From the NCBI GenBank assembly GCA_002633005.1, contig NMRA01000850.1:56553-120552 (forward strand): a stretch of DNA of 64,000 bases, written 5' to 3'. Each line of letters opens with the position of its first letter. Position 1 is the first letter of the stretch. This DNA is from Phoronis australis (Eukaryota; Animalia; Phoronida). The position numbers and the translations under genes are program-made. The notes below the pieces were generated by a model. It was not told the origin of the DNA, did no database searches, and saw only the letters and a list, made by a program, of their open reading frames with translations. Of this stretch, positions 23,916 to 36,041 are shown piece by piece.

Positions 23916-26185
23916 TCTTTCAACAGTAGAGTCCAGAAATTTTTAGCGGCACCGGAGTGCTTTCGAGCTTAAAATGAAACGCACCGTGGAGTATGTAAAC
24001 TGCTTTTCAAGTGCAAGATTGGTTTTTGAGTATAGGTCTGGTGGTTATTTATGGAGTATTAGCATGAGCTTTATTTAAGAAGTTAACGTTTTACGAGCGT
24101 TCAATTTATTTAAACACGGATATGAATTGGACAAAATTGCCGATACAAATTCCGACAAAATGACCATAATTAGCAGACGATGTACTTGCCGGAAGTAAAG
24201 CGTGCTATGTCTGTCAGGTGGCGCTTGTGAATAATGACGTCACGGCTTATGCGTAAGATCACAGATTTCGTCCATTGAAAATACACAGAGTTGGCTGTCC
24301 ACGTATTATAGTCTGCGATTTGACAAAAGCTGTACTAGAACCCATAGCCGAAAAGATTAACTGGTACGTAGCTCATTGACTGTGTGCGAAGATTTTTTTC
24401 CAATACTGCAAAATATAACATTAACCATCGATAAATCAAAACTCTGTCGAGCCCCCATAAAAGTAATGTGATATTGAAACTTAAAGAGGCCTGGAAAGCG
24501 AGAAACGGACAATATTGCAATATTGAAAGTTTTTCTCTACCACTGAAACAGAATTCAACCTACTCACCAGGTATTTTTGTGGTTTGTTCGTAAAGATTTT
24601 TGATTTCTGTTGATATCAAAGCATTTTCTTTTAGTTTCAAATTAAAAAAGGTCTGTCAAGTACTCACCACTTCGTCGATTTTTCTTCCATAAGGCAACAT
24701 TTGAAGCACGTCTCATTATTTGCCATGGCAAGACATAGCAGGAGCACATTTCCCTTCAAGTAACTCGCAGGTTCTCCGCGTGCCGCTAGGTGGTAGCCAG
24801 CACACAGTCGAATTCTCAACAGGCAGCGCTTTACGCAAACAAACTGGCATGAGTGATGGGGGAAGTGTAAATGTGGTCTGTTGTACAGACAAATCCGACT
24901 TTTTGATACATGAATATAACGGGGGACGCGAAAAAAAATCACGCCTTGAGCTGTTTTTAAGCGCAAAATGCATTGTTTTCAAAACCTAAAAACGAGGCTC
25001 AATTTTAAAATGGCGACTGTGTGAATATGGTGTATAGACAATTCTTTGAAAGATTAGGCGCAAAAAATTCCGCAAAAACATCTGCAAAAATTCCGCACAA
25101 TATGCAAGTGTATTGTAGATGTCAAACGAATGTGGTAATTCAATGTTAATTTCGAAAAATGGATCCATTTGTTACAGAGTAATTAATTACTAACTAAATG
25201 ATATGCATACATGATATATGGCTGTTGTTAAACCTATTACAACTTTTAATAAAAGTGACATCGCGTCAAGTGCCAAAAGGTGACTTGTACAGTGACTGCA
25301 TTGGAGACAATGAAAATTTTGACATCCAGTTATTTGCTTTATGTTATTTGATGATATACACATTTTTATGCGCTAACTGAGAAGCGATACCCAAGTTTAC
25401 AGTGAAACAACACGTGAGGGTGAGATAAAAGGTCATATGTATTATGAAAAACTAAACTACTACAGATAGCGATAAATACAAAACTTATATAATATGTTGA
25501 TCTGTGACGGTGGGTGACAATTCGCCGGACAATCGGCACTACTACAGGTATAACGAAGATATATACAAAAATGAGCTGTAAAGATGGGTAACAATATGCC
25601 AAAGCAACACCGTGAGAAAGACATGGGAAAATTGAGAGTAAATAGAAAAGGGAAAATCGAAAAAAAAACTAGATTGAGGAAGGAATGGATATAGAAATTG
25701 AATAAATAATACAAAATTGAAGGTAATTATGGACAATGACACAGTGCTGTGACGATGCAAAGAAATCACGTGATACAATTCAACCATGCAATAGTGGGAG
25801 AGCAAAGAGGGTTACTGACCCAGGAACCAAAACAATATGATAATAAGGACAAAGCAGTTTAAACAATTTTATACTTATATGCGCTAACTGCGAAGCGATA
25901 CCAAAGCTAGTTTACACGTGACGATGAGATACATGTAAAAGGCCGTGTTTTTTGAGGTTGAGAAGACGGCGGATGACGTGAAGTTTCGAAGTGGAAGGTA
26001 TAGTTCGACGAGGGTGGCTGAAATGTCAGCCTCGGCTGCGTGCAGGGACGATGTCTATGTTTGCAAGAATGCTTTCGCCCATATGCCCTTGGCCTCAGTA
26101 CCGATCTTCACGTATGACTTACAAGCGGCTGTAAATCCTTTGACTTAGACCACGTATTGCTATAAAACTGACATCGACTTATACC

Positions 26186-26327
26186 ATGGGCAGCGCACCA
26201 TAGGGGGGTGCGGTGCCTATAGCCCCCCACTTATTTCGGTGCTGCGTCGCTAATGGTCCATGGGCGGCGCACCATAGGGGACTGGTTGGGCTATTGCCCT
26301 CCTCTTATTTCAGTGCTGCGCAGCCCG
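26186..26327. repeat. Tandem dimer of a ~72-bp mini-MITE
   Basis: CATGGGC(A/G)GCGCACCATAGGGG...CTTATTTC(G/A)GTGCTGCG occurs twice. Confidence 0.65.
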
Positions 26328-27841
26328 TCTATACCAAATTCAGATCGAAAGGGGTTTCTCGGTTGCGAAAATTGGCAGTTTTTCTTCGAGAGAATGCGCG
26401 TCGTACAAAATGACCCGCCATGACAAGCTAACTTGTGGATCATGTTCTTAATCAATTAAAAATTGTCAATTCATCCTAAACCTGTAAATCGCACCCAATA
26501 TGACTAACGAACAAATTGAAACAATTCTTCCTGTAACTGCATTTGCAAACAATATATTAAAAGATTTCGCACGTTGTTACGGAGAAAAGTAACCTTCGAC
26601 AACACGGGAATGAATATTGTATTTAAATGATTTATTTTAACACGTGTACCTCTAGTCCATCTATACATAAATCAAATAACTACGGATGCGTAACTAGTAA
26701 CAGATGTGTCTTATTATAAAAAATGTCGTATTTGTTCATGCGATTTCATCTTGAAATAAGAAATCTCAAGGTCGTGTGTCTGTGTCAGTGTAACGCGACA
26801 TTTAGAAGAAAGAGACTGTGGGAAGCACGTTCATTCTATACCATTCCTCACTATGCGTAGGACGTTATAATGTTACTTATACTTCACACGGAATTGGACA
26901 AACTTTGTATCGAGCGAGCCTGATGGAAAGTGACAAGTTGTACAAATGCCTATGCCCAGTTGCTCATCTTAACATTTTTCGCGCACTAGTTTTTCGGAAA
27001 ATTTGAGAGGTCACAACTTTTTGTGTTGATGCCGGAATTTTGATTCCCAAAAACTCCGCAAAAAGACTCACATGAACGGTTCTATTAAAATTCAGGTGAA
27101 ATATGAAAGAAGTACTTTTTAACAGTATTTTTTTACTGTGATCTCATAGGCAACACTGCCAGGTCTTGGATTTTTAGCAACACCATTTCACCATTCTTAT
27201 CGCACAGTTTTTTGAGCTATAAAGTTAAATAAAGTTTACTCTACAACGTGTTGTTTTTCGGGTAAAATGGCGGCTTGGAAACGCAGACGAAGGTGGGTCA
27301 AGAATGATGCGTTCTGATTGGTCAGTTAAGCCGTCAGTCAAAATCCTTGCGATAGGTCAATTAGTGAAGGCCCGGTTTCTACAAGAAACTTAACGGCAAA
27401 AGCAAAATTATTAGTTGCATTGGATATTATTTGTTCTAAATTTCTGAACAAATGAAAAAATTCAATGTGAGATTAAACGTCCACTGCACACGTATAAGCA
27501 CTAAGCTAGAGCTGATCAAGAAATCTTCATGACTTCTTTCATAGCTAATGTTTGTGAGACAAAGATGGCGAACTATTTCTGTCTTTGCATGCTACAACGC
27601 CCTGATTTTTAGGTTGGTTGAAATTTCAGAATTAACCATACAACGAATTAACATTCCTAATTAAACATAATTTCACCGTGAATCAAATGGAGTTTATTGC
27701 TTTAGCAGCAAGATTCGTCGCCACTCACCAGATATATAAGATTTTGCAGTTTCCCAATCCGCTTGACCTAATCAGTGCAGCGTGGGACTTGAACAAGATT
27801 TTGAAAAAAACATGCAGCCACGCTGAACAGCGTTGTATACA

Positions 27842-30472
27842 TCACATTCGAGTTTCTTCCCTGTAGATGGCGGTGTCATCGCATGACGAATTAATCGTCA
27901 GATCGTATCCATTCCTATTCAGCACTGACGGCGCCAACTTTGCTAAAGAGGAGAAGATTTTAGGATGATGTCTCCCCGACCGAGTAGAAGTCTCAATGGT
28001 GTTTCCTGCAAAGTCTCGACTTTTCATATATGCACGAACACGTTTCGTGAGAACGGTTGTTATGAAAAGAAACGCCCCCTGGCTGGCATTGAGAACAGCA
28101 AAAATGTACCAGAAAGCTTCGTGCTCAACCAAAATGGCCAAGAAGCCAAACACCCAGGTAACACCAAGGAGTACAAAAAGTTTCAAATACATGTAAAATT
28201 CATCTTTCTCCGTCGTCTTGGAGGATGACACGGTATGAGAAAACCTCATTGCCCGGTGCAACGTGACAGCAGTTAAGATCAAGAAAACAATGTTGCTTAG
28301 GACAATGACAGCGAGGGGCGCTGCAAACATTACAAGGAGAGCGTATTTGCCTGTGATCCAGCAGACTCCATTGCGTGTATACTGGGGCTTGAAATCTTCG
28401 TCGATATCGAGAAATTCTAAGACAACAGAGAAAGCAACAACCACTGCCGGGACCAACCATGCGCAAAGAAAAAATACCAAGAAGCGCTTACCAGTTGGTT
28501 TGCTCTTCAGAAGTTTTTTAGGACTGAATGTATTCCACGTGTCAATAGCTATAAGATTCATCCACACGAACACGGATAAATAGGCAAGATGGGCCAAGAC
28601 ACCAAAAGCGAAGCAGAGCCCATGAATTTTGGCGACAGCTGGTCGCAACAAATAGACCAAACCACTAACAAAAAGAGATGCAATGAGACAAAACTGCAGT
28701 TTAGCAGGAAATGTGTGATAGAGCGGAACAAAAAACTGGAGAACCAATCGGGCAAGAAGGCACACCTCTGAAATGACCAGACAGACAATGGTCACAATAC
28801 CGAGAAGACCTGAAACCATCATTTGTGGAGCAGTAGCATTGTTCTTGTCTTCTTCGCCACATATTAGAACTGTGTTGTTCAATAACCTGTATTCGCCTGG
28901 TTCCAAAGTTTGGTTGCGATCGCTCAGCCACACAGAACCACCTTTGCGAATTTCAAACGTACCGTTGTAGCGTTCTATGACATAACATGAAGAATTTGTA
29001 CTGTTCTGACACGACTGTCGCACAGTTGCGAAAATATCGACCGATTTCACCCAACCCATTGATTTCCTAATGAAAATAGCTTTAAGACGTGACTTTAAGA
29101 GCTCTTTTGCAGAATTCATGGTCTTCTCTACTTCGTCAACATCGCAGTTTGCTGGAAGCTTTTGCGAAAATTTAGCTACAATCCGTATTCCCAGAACATA
29201 GAAGTTACTGCCTAATGATTCGTTAAATCTATAAGCAGTAATTTCAGGACTCATATTAATTTGAAACAATTCATTCAGACCTTCCTTGTAAAGTGTTGGC
29301 TCGACATTGCCAGTAAAATATATCTCCTTAAAAACAAAATCGCTGGCGATTGGAATATAAGAAATCTCAACATCTACATCCGACAATATGTAACTGGGCA
29401 CGCACGTTCCATTTTTGAGCTCGTATCCTTTTTGACAGGATTTAAAAACACAATTTTGAAGGTTATCAAGAGCACAAGCAGCAACGGAAGATCCACTGTT
29501 AGATGTGAGAGAGCTCTTCAAACCAACTTTGATTCCTCCAGCCGAGTTGATATCAAGCAGCAGAGAAAACGAAAACTTCCACAGACTGTTATCACTCCCG
29601 GTCAACCCTGGACCGTCCTTTGGAAACTTGTTGCTTCTGCAAGTCAGATCCTTTGTTTGAATATCAGGATACCCATTGCAAATGGCGCAGAAAGCGTTCT
29701 TGAAACCTTTGTTGTTACTTCCCCTGTAGGTGAACAGTGTCTGACTTCTGTGGCATTTGTCAATCAGTGCATGGTTTTTGCAGTCTCGTTTGCAAGTCAT
29801 AATTGAACCAAGGACACAGAATCTATATTTTTCCGCGGGATCGTAAAATGTAAAGTTGCACTTAGGATCGTTTAGGTGGGTGAGAAATTCCCCAAAAGTG
29901 GCTTTGACCTTGTCCGTAGCGTTTGCTTCGCAGCCCAAGTTAAACCTCCAAAATGTATAGTTAGTGACGTTGTTACAAATAGCACAGAACCGGTTACGAT
30001 ACTGAATGTTGGTTACCTTGTCTCTCACCGGCACTCGTGTGAAGATCGATCCGTTGGTATAACGGCACTTGGATGCAATCTCCTCGTGGTGGTAATACGA
30101 CGGGCAGTCACTTACTACGATAGTGTTTCTTTTTTCGTTCACTTTTCCTGTACTAGCCTCAATACAGGACGTACTCGGGTATTCAGCTGTAAACGCAGTA
30201 CCATTCGTGCAGTGTTCGTAGTAATCAGGACAGCAGTCGTGGTAGTGCAAGCACAGTTTGTCACATGAACATGTGTGGTCGGGTCTGCTCGAGATATCAT
30301 TGAAAGTCACTTGCCCACATCGACTTTTGCACATTGCTTTGTTGCTTTTTACAAAACAATGTTTTGTGTGTGAGTCGATGTGTGGATGGATGGCGCCACT
30401 TTCAGAGCAGGGCTTTGACGAAAATGTCCCTACAAGCTGTAAGAATAAAACAAACACGCAACACCGCATCAT
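27842..30472 (-). CDS. Family-B (secretin/adhesion/Methuselah-like) GPCR with N-terminal somatomedin-B domain; intronless CDS, 876 aa from the first ATG
   Basis: Signal peptide MMRCCVFVLFLQLVGTFS; SMB domain CKSRC...CSCDKLCLHYHDCCPDYYEHC (30209-30331); two [YF][RK]NxFCAICN motifs; seven hydrophobic segments with family-B motifs HLAYLSVFVWM, VCWI, KLFVLLGVTWVFGF and LNASQG. The track's GTG start at 30526 overlaps a splice acceptor (polypyrimidine+CAG; exon starts at 30525). Confidence 0.93.
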   Translation of the reverse strand: MMRCCVFVLFLQLVGTFSSKPCSESGAIHPHIDSHTKHCFVKSNKAMCKSRCGQVTFNDISSRPDHTCSCDKLCLHYHDCCPDYYEHCTNGTAFTAEYPSTSCIEASTGKVNEKRNTIVVSDCPSYYHHEEIASKCRYTNGSIFTRVPVRDKVTNIQYRNRFCAICNNVTNYTFWRFNLGCEANATDKVKATFGEFLTHLNDPKCNFTFYDPAEKYRFCVLGSIMTCKRDCKNHALIDKCHRSQTLFTYRGSNNKGFKNAFCAICNGYPDIQTKDLTCRSNKFPKDGPGLTGSDNSLWKFSFSLLLDINSAGGIKVGLKSSLTSNSGSSVAACALDNLQNCVFKSCQKGYELKNGTCVPSYILSDVDVEISYIPIASDFVFKEIYFTGNVEPTLYKEGLNELFQINMSPEITAYRFNESLGSNFYVLGIRIVAKFSQKLPANCDVDEVEKTMNSAKELLKSRLKAIFIRKSMGWVKSVDIFATVRQSCQNSTNSSCYVIERYNGTFEIRKGGSVWLSDRNQTLEPGEYRLLNNTVLICGEEDKNNATAPQMMVSGLLGIVTIVCLVISEVCLLARLVLQFFVPLYHTFPAKLQFCLIASLFVSGLVYLLRPAVAKIHGLCFAFGVLAHLAYLSVFVWMNLIAIDTWNTFSPKKLLKSKPTGKRFLVFFLCAWLVPAVVVAFSVVLEFLDIDEDFKPQYTRNGVCWITGKYALLVMFAAPLAVIVLSNIVFLILTAVTLHRAMRFSHTVSSSKTTEKDEFYMYLKLFVLLGVTWVFGFLAILVEHEAFWYIFAVLNASQGAFLFITTVLTKRVRAYMKSRDFAGNTIETSTRSGRHHPKIFSSLAKLAPSVLNRNGYDLTINSSCDDTAIYREETRM

Positions 30473-31449
30473 GTTGCTGTCAACGCAAAAGCCCTGTGCT
30501 GTTTTTTCTTCCTGTTTGTTTTTCACTGAAAAAGAAGAAAAGAACGAAGAAAACTAAAATTGTCTTCACGCGCTAACGCAATCCGAAATACAAATACCGG
30601 GGTTCAGAAGAGACATCGTCAGGTACAAAGCTGTAATGGAATCTAGGAGATTTCAGTTTAGACAGATTAAGTCATACCTGGTTCAAATGTGGAATTTTTA
30701 TAAAAACGGCGGATCAGCTGTTCAAAACAAGCGTTCACAAAGGCATCCTTTCAGCCGGCTTCCGAATCAGGCGATCCGCTGTCTGCTTTGGAGGTGGACT
30801 ATAAGAAGGCATATCAGACGTCTGACGAGCGTTCACGTACGTGAATTTATTTCAGACGGCGGATTAGATATTCGATCTGCCTTCTAATCGGACAGCGCGT
30901 GAACGTTATATTGATAAACACACAGTTCCCGAAAAGCTTTTTGACAGATATCGTCAGTTCCACTGGAGTTGACAGTTATTGTTCATTTTTCAATCAAGTA
31001 AAAATAAACGAGGGGGGGGGGTGCGGAGGTATGGAGGAGGGAGGGAAGGCTGACCGGGAGGCCAGCAGAGACACAGACCAATACAACACAAATACGATTG
31101 GAAGACTGACAAATGAAATCGATAGCATAAGTACTTCAATAAATAAACTTCCTGACACTTAAATAAAAATAAATAAAGGGAGCTACATATCTACATTGCC
31201 TAGAAAACAACATGATAAGCAAAATGTTAATGTGTAAGTGTTTGTGTGTGTATGTTTGCGTGTGCGTGTGGTCCTTTATGCGTGTGCCTGTGTTTGCTGC
31301 GTGTATATGTGCAAAATGCAGTAGTGTTTCTGTGTAATAGTGTAATTTGTATAGGGTTTTTCACGGTGGACATAGTTGTAGGAGAAGCAGCTTGAGTTAC
31401 TGCATAGAAAATGTAAGTAATAGTATCCAAAATTTTGTTCTTGTAATAT

Positions 31450-32690
31450 ATTGAAAGTCCAGCAAGTGGGTGAATGTTTGTTATTTCTAGAACTGGAGAG
31501 GATACTTAATTCATGATTCTAGCAATGTGGAAACATACTAAACAGTGAGTTACCGTGACTGATTTGTAAAATTAAGTCTTGAATATATGATTGTAGCTAC
31601 AATAAGTAACAACGCAGCTTGCTAAAACATCTGGCCAACAACGATTTCCAATTATTTTGTTCTCTTGGTTGTGATAGCAAACAAAATTGCTTTGAAAGTA
31701 ATTATGAGTAGGTTAGATAAAAACTTGTTATATATTTTCAAGCAGGACATTAAGAATTTCTTCAAACAGGGGTGTTTTTAATAATTTGCACATTGGGTTT
31801 GTATGGGCAAAATAGTGTGAATTGGTGATTATTAGTAAGGCTCGTTGCTGAAGGAATTGCAATGTGCTGACATTTGTAAATTCCTCTGTTGTGATGTCAA
31901 AAACTAAGTGAGTATGAGTGAAGGATCAGGAAATCATGATCAGAGCGAATAAAGGTAGATATTTCGTAAGTGTTTTAGTACTCCTTAGGTTGGTACACTT
32001 TTTGTTCCTACCAGATCAATATTTTCTGACGAAGATAAAGAGTCGTCAAACGTTATTCCCAAAACTTAAATGTTTTGACAAAGGTTAGTTTTTGACTGTC
32101 TATAGTAATTTTAGGTATTAATTTTTTAGTTAATATTTTCTGAGGTAAGTAGAATACCATGAATTTAGTTTCGGTGACACTTAATTGATAACCATGCAAA
32201 TATGTCTGATAGCTTATTATTGATCTCAGTTTCGTTGTTTGCTGGTTTTGTAAACGAAGGTGTACACATACGACAGGTGTCATCAGCATACATAAAGATC
32301 TCAAGAGAAGTGGATTTCTGGATTTCGTTTACATAAATAAGAAAAAGAAGGGGTCCAAGTATAGATCCTTGGGGTGCAGCTGTGACGATAGCTGATTTTT
32401 GGGAGGGTGAATTGACAAATAAAACATGTTGTTGATTGGTTAAATATTTTTGAAGAATACATGCACGACTTCAATTATACTGGGAAATGAGAGTTCAACA
32501 TTACGCTATGGTTTTTTGTGTCAAAGGTTTTTGAAAGGCCTAAAATATGATTGTCGGGTTTATCCCCTTGAACAGATGTTAATTCTGTCAGTTAGTTGGA
32601 GTGTTGAAAATTATGTTGATTTTCATGTATTACTAAGAGATTGCTTGTATTGAGGTGGACAATTTTGGATACAACAAGATTACTAAGCAA
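31450..32690 (-). mobile_element. Decayed L2/CR1-group LINE (RT to 3' end)
   Basis: The minus strand reads APQGSILGPLLFLIYVNEIQKSTSLEIFMYADDT (32276-32378), then ..TKFMVF..; many stops and frameshifts. Boundaries are approximate. Confidence 0.85.
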
Positions 32691-32780
32691 ACACAAACAT
32701 ATTAATTAATTCTGTATTAGGAGACCTTGAACATACTAAAAACTGGTAGGACCAGAAGTTTACCTGATCTTTGTACTCAC

Positions 32781-32825
32781 CGGTATAAGTAGAATTTCAG
32801 AGGTGTGGTAGTGTCGTGAGCAGGT
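32781..32825 (-). other. Candidate 45-nt 5'UTR exon of the GPCR gene
   Basis: Minus strand TTATTTATTTTACAG|...ACCG|GTGAGTAC. A further donor (GTGAGTAC) at 33371-33378 suggests another upstream exon. Confidence 0.45.
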
Positions 32826-33958
32826 CTGTAAAATAAATAACGAAAGTTATGAAAGTTGAACAATTTCGTTATTGGGTACGTTTCATACGACACTATCCAT
32901 GAAAAATTTCAAAGCTATTTAACATTGGTTGAGTATAATGCAAGAACTTCAGCAATTATACCCGTCTCGGACGAGCGTCACGTGACGGGAAATGTTTGAC
33001 TTTAAAAAAAAAAACTAGTGAACGACAAATAATCTTATTTTTGAAGGCAGATAATCACACTCAGAAAGTGGGTAAGAAAATTTGTTTCCGTGATATGCCA
33101 TGTTCATTGTTTATAGAACATTTCGTTTAGCTTGACTTCCTCACGCAGTCATCGCTGAAAGATCAGTTATATAACTTGACATCTATCTTCTCCGAGTAAT
33201 CCGATTGCATTTATGCAGAACAGCATTAATCTACATAAGACAAACCGTGGTCAATTCCATTGTGGCTTTGACTAGAGCAGTAAAACATTCCTCTTACACT
33301 GTCAGAAGTTCTCTTGTTTCCGGAAAGACAGTTAGGAACACGGAGTTCACCAATAAATGATTGAGAGCGTGTACTCACACCGGCTGGCGTCTGCGTACCA
33401 GTTCAGGAAAAGTTTTCGAAAAAATGCAATGTTCTTCGTTGAAGCGGATAAATATATTTGCGTCCCGTTAGACAGCATACCGCTGTGAAACTGGCCTGAA
33501 CTTGTTTAAAACTCAGATGAGATAAAAAGTGCTTTCTGGGCTTTCAAAATGACACTTCGTTATTGCTTTAAACCGGCACAGTGCATAAAATGATCCGATG
33601 CAACACCTCAGCTTTTAGAGCCTGGTCTCGAACGCTCAGAAATAATCACCTCTAATTTGATTAAGGAACAAGTCGAGACCAATTACGTAACGAGAAATGG
33701 TCCAAATAAAAAGAATGTGTGACGGAAGAAAGGTTTATTGTTGATAGAAATGATGTTACGAAACTTACCTGATGATAACGTACATGTATACATCCCTTTT
33801 TCCATACATGTGTCATTCACAAAAATTGGCAAATTATAAAAGTAATCTGCCGTTTTATAACGCCACTTAAAATGCAGTTTCAAATGTTATTTACGCGTGT
33901 CCCTGGACCCCATGGTCGGAACCAAAATATTTCCATTCAACCGTCCCATTCCCGCAGT

Positions 33959-34163
33959 CAACTCCTGAGGACAAATAACGAGTCTGCACGCTGACGTTCT
34001 TTCTAATGAACTCATGAGCTCAAAATGGCGACACCTGGTCAGGACTGCTGTCGAAAATATCAATCAACTCCTGAGCACAAATATGAGTCTGCAGGCTGAC
34101 GTTTTTTCTAATGAACTCATGAATTCAAAATGGCGACACCAGGTCAGGGCTGTTGTCGAAAAT
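33959..34163. repeat. ~105-bp tandem duplication
   Basis: CAACTCCTGAG.ACAAATA..GAGTCTGCA.GCTGACGTT...CAAAATGGCGACACC.GGTCAGG...GTCGAAAATA occurs twice. Confidence 0.85.
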
Positions 34164-35884
34164 ACAGAATGGGTGGAAAGTATTATTTTTTTAAAAGTAT
34201 TGGAAACAGATTACTTTAAGTGCTCAAGAGAGATTGTTTAAAAATTACATTTACTCAGTGTTTAGCTGCCTAAAAACGAAAAATTATTCAAGGCAGTTAC
34301 GGTCACAAAAATCGCGGTCTAATATTTGTTGCCGTGATAAGGCTGATTTTCGCTGCCAAAAATACTTCGAAACCATGCATCAGCGACTCAAGAAAACGCT
34401 TCAGCGTTAGGCAGCAATAGCATTTACGCATTTAATGACAAGTACAAGTTCCTTTACTCCAATAACAGTGAATTGCAAGAACAAATATGTATCTAGTCTA
34501 ATTGGGGTTATTTGTCACTTAGGGTGACCCAAACGTAAAATTAAAAATTGTACATGTGACGCATTGAGTTACTAGCCCATTGAGCAACAATTCAGTATCA
34601 GATACCCGTGACAACGTGTTTAAACCAGGGCAAATTTTATTGTTAAAGGACCCGCTCTGGTAATAAATTAGAGGAAAATTCTTTCTAGATCTGTGAGTGT
34701 ATTTTATCCGTCGCCCTAACATAGATCAAGGATCAAAAAGGAAAGTACCCGGCAATTGCTGCGGTTACTGACAACGTGCTTTATATGTTCGCTTAGCAAC
34801 AAACTGAAACCAGCTTCGTTGGCATTTAAAACGTATAAGGATAAAAAAAATCTACGAACGCTATTTTTAAACAAGCAAACAAATTCAAAACAGTGCGCTC
34901 CTCACCTGAATTGCAGTAACGCGCACCTGTGCTTGGTTTTAACCACTCGGTCACTACAAGCAATTGGGTCTCTGAGTGTTGATAAGAGTCACTTCCCATG
35001 AAACGACACTTGCTAAATTGACTAAATTTAATTATTAGACAAATATATTAACTTGAAAAGTTTTGCAATCAAAGTTCACCGTTGTCGAAGAATAAAAATC
35101 CGCGATTAATTAATCGTGCATGGCTCGCTTCGTATAGTGTCGCAGGACTAGGTCTTTCAACGTGTAAGTTTCTTTTTATGGAACGCTCCTAGCGTCACCT
35201 TGTGACGAGTCATTTCTTGCCCATGAGGAGTCATTTCTTACACACTGACTCGTCAAGGACGCAGTCGGCGGCCAGTTGTCGAACACATGTCGAATTTCTT
35301 TTAAAAAATAACGTGAGAAGTTCAATATAACAGTGAAATTACTAAAATCTGAAAGTTTCATTTTCCTTAATATTCTTTCAACACGTGTAATTGCATTTAA
35401 AGTCATCATCAAGCCTAAAACGTTCAGGTTTCCAAGTATGTTTTCAACTGTAAGATTTTAAAAACTTTGGGCCCCTTACAAAAACTTCTTAGCCAGGGTT
35501 CCCGAATGGAAATTCCAGCAGTGATAGCTGACAAAATTTCTCTCTTTTATATGTTTCGCTGGGTCTTTCTTTTCTGCCTTTACCCCCCCTCCGCCCCACG
35601 CCTGGCTATATTGGTCGCCACATAGGTTTCATATCACGCGAAGACTCGCGTGATCCCGTTTCTTCACATTGCACGACTTATCCACAGAACGGAGTCCTGA
35701 ATTATGTTTTTATGCCTCAGGGAAAATACTGAGGTTGTAACAGAATCCGTTTTCGAGGTAATCACCAAAACCGCGTTTCAAACAACAAAAGGGAAGAGAC
35801 TCGATTTTTCGTCATTACAAGTAAGTACCGGTACATCTATTATGGTGGCTGTGCACTATTTAGAAGTAAAATAAGAATACTTAA

Positions 35885-36041
35885 CAGTGGCGGATTTAGA
35901 GGGGGGCCAAGCGGGCCATGGCCCCCCTAAAATTCTCCCAGATTACATTTGGCAGTTCGAGGGTGCGAATGTCTGACGGACAAAATCCCGGCTAATACTC
36001 TTCCCTGGCCCCCCTAATTCAAAATCCTGTATCCGCCCATG
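35885..36041. mobile_element. hAT-like MITE with 5-bp TSD, copy 2
   Basis: CAGTGGCGGAT...ATCCGCCCATG; TSD CTTAA; interior matches copy 1. Confidence 0.85.

Noticed and set aside
30473-30526. First 18 aa of the 894-aa ORF
   Set aside because: The GTG start straddles a splice acceptor; the signal peptide begins at ATG 30472.
27965-30576. Numerous plus-strand ORFs up to 181 aa
   Set aside because: They are antisense or alternative frames of the GPCR CDS.
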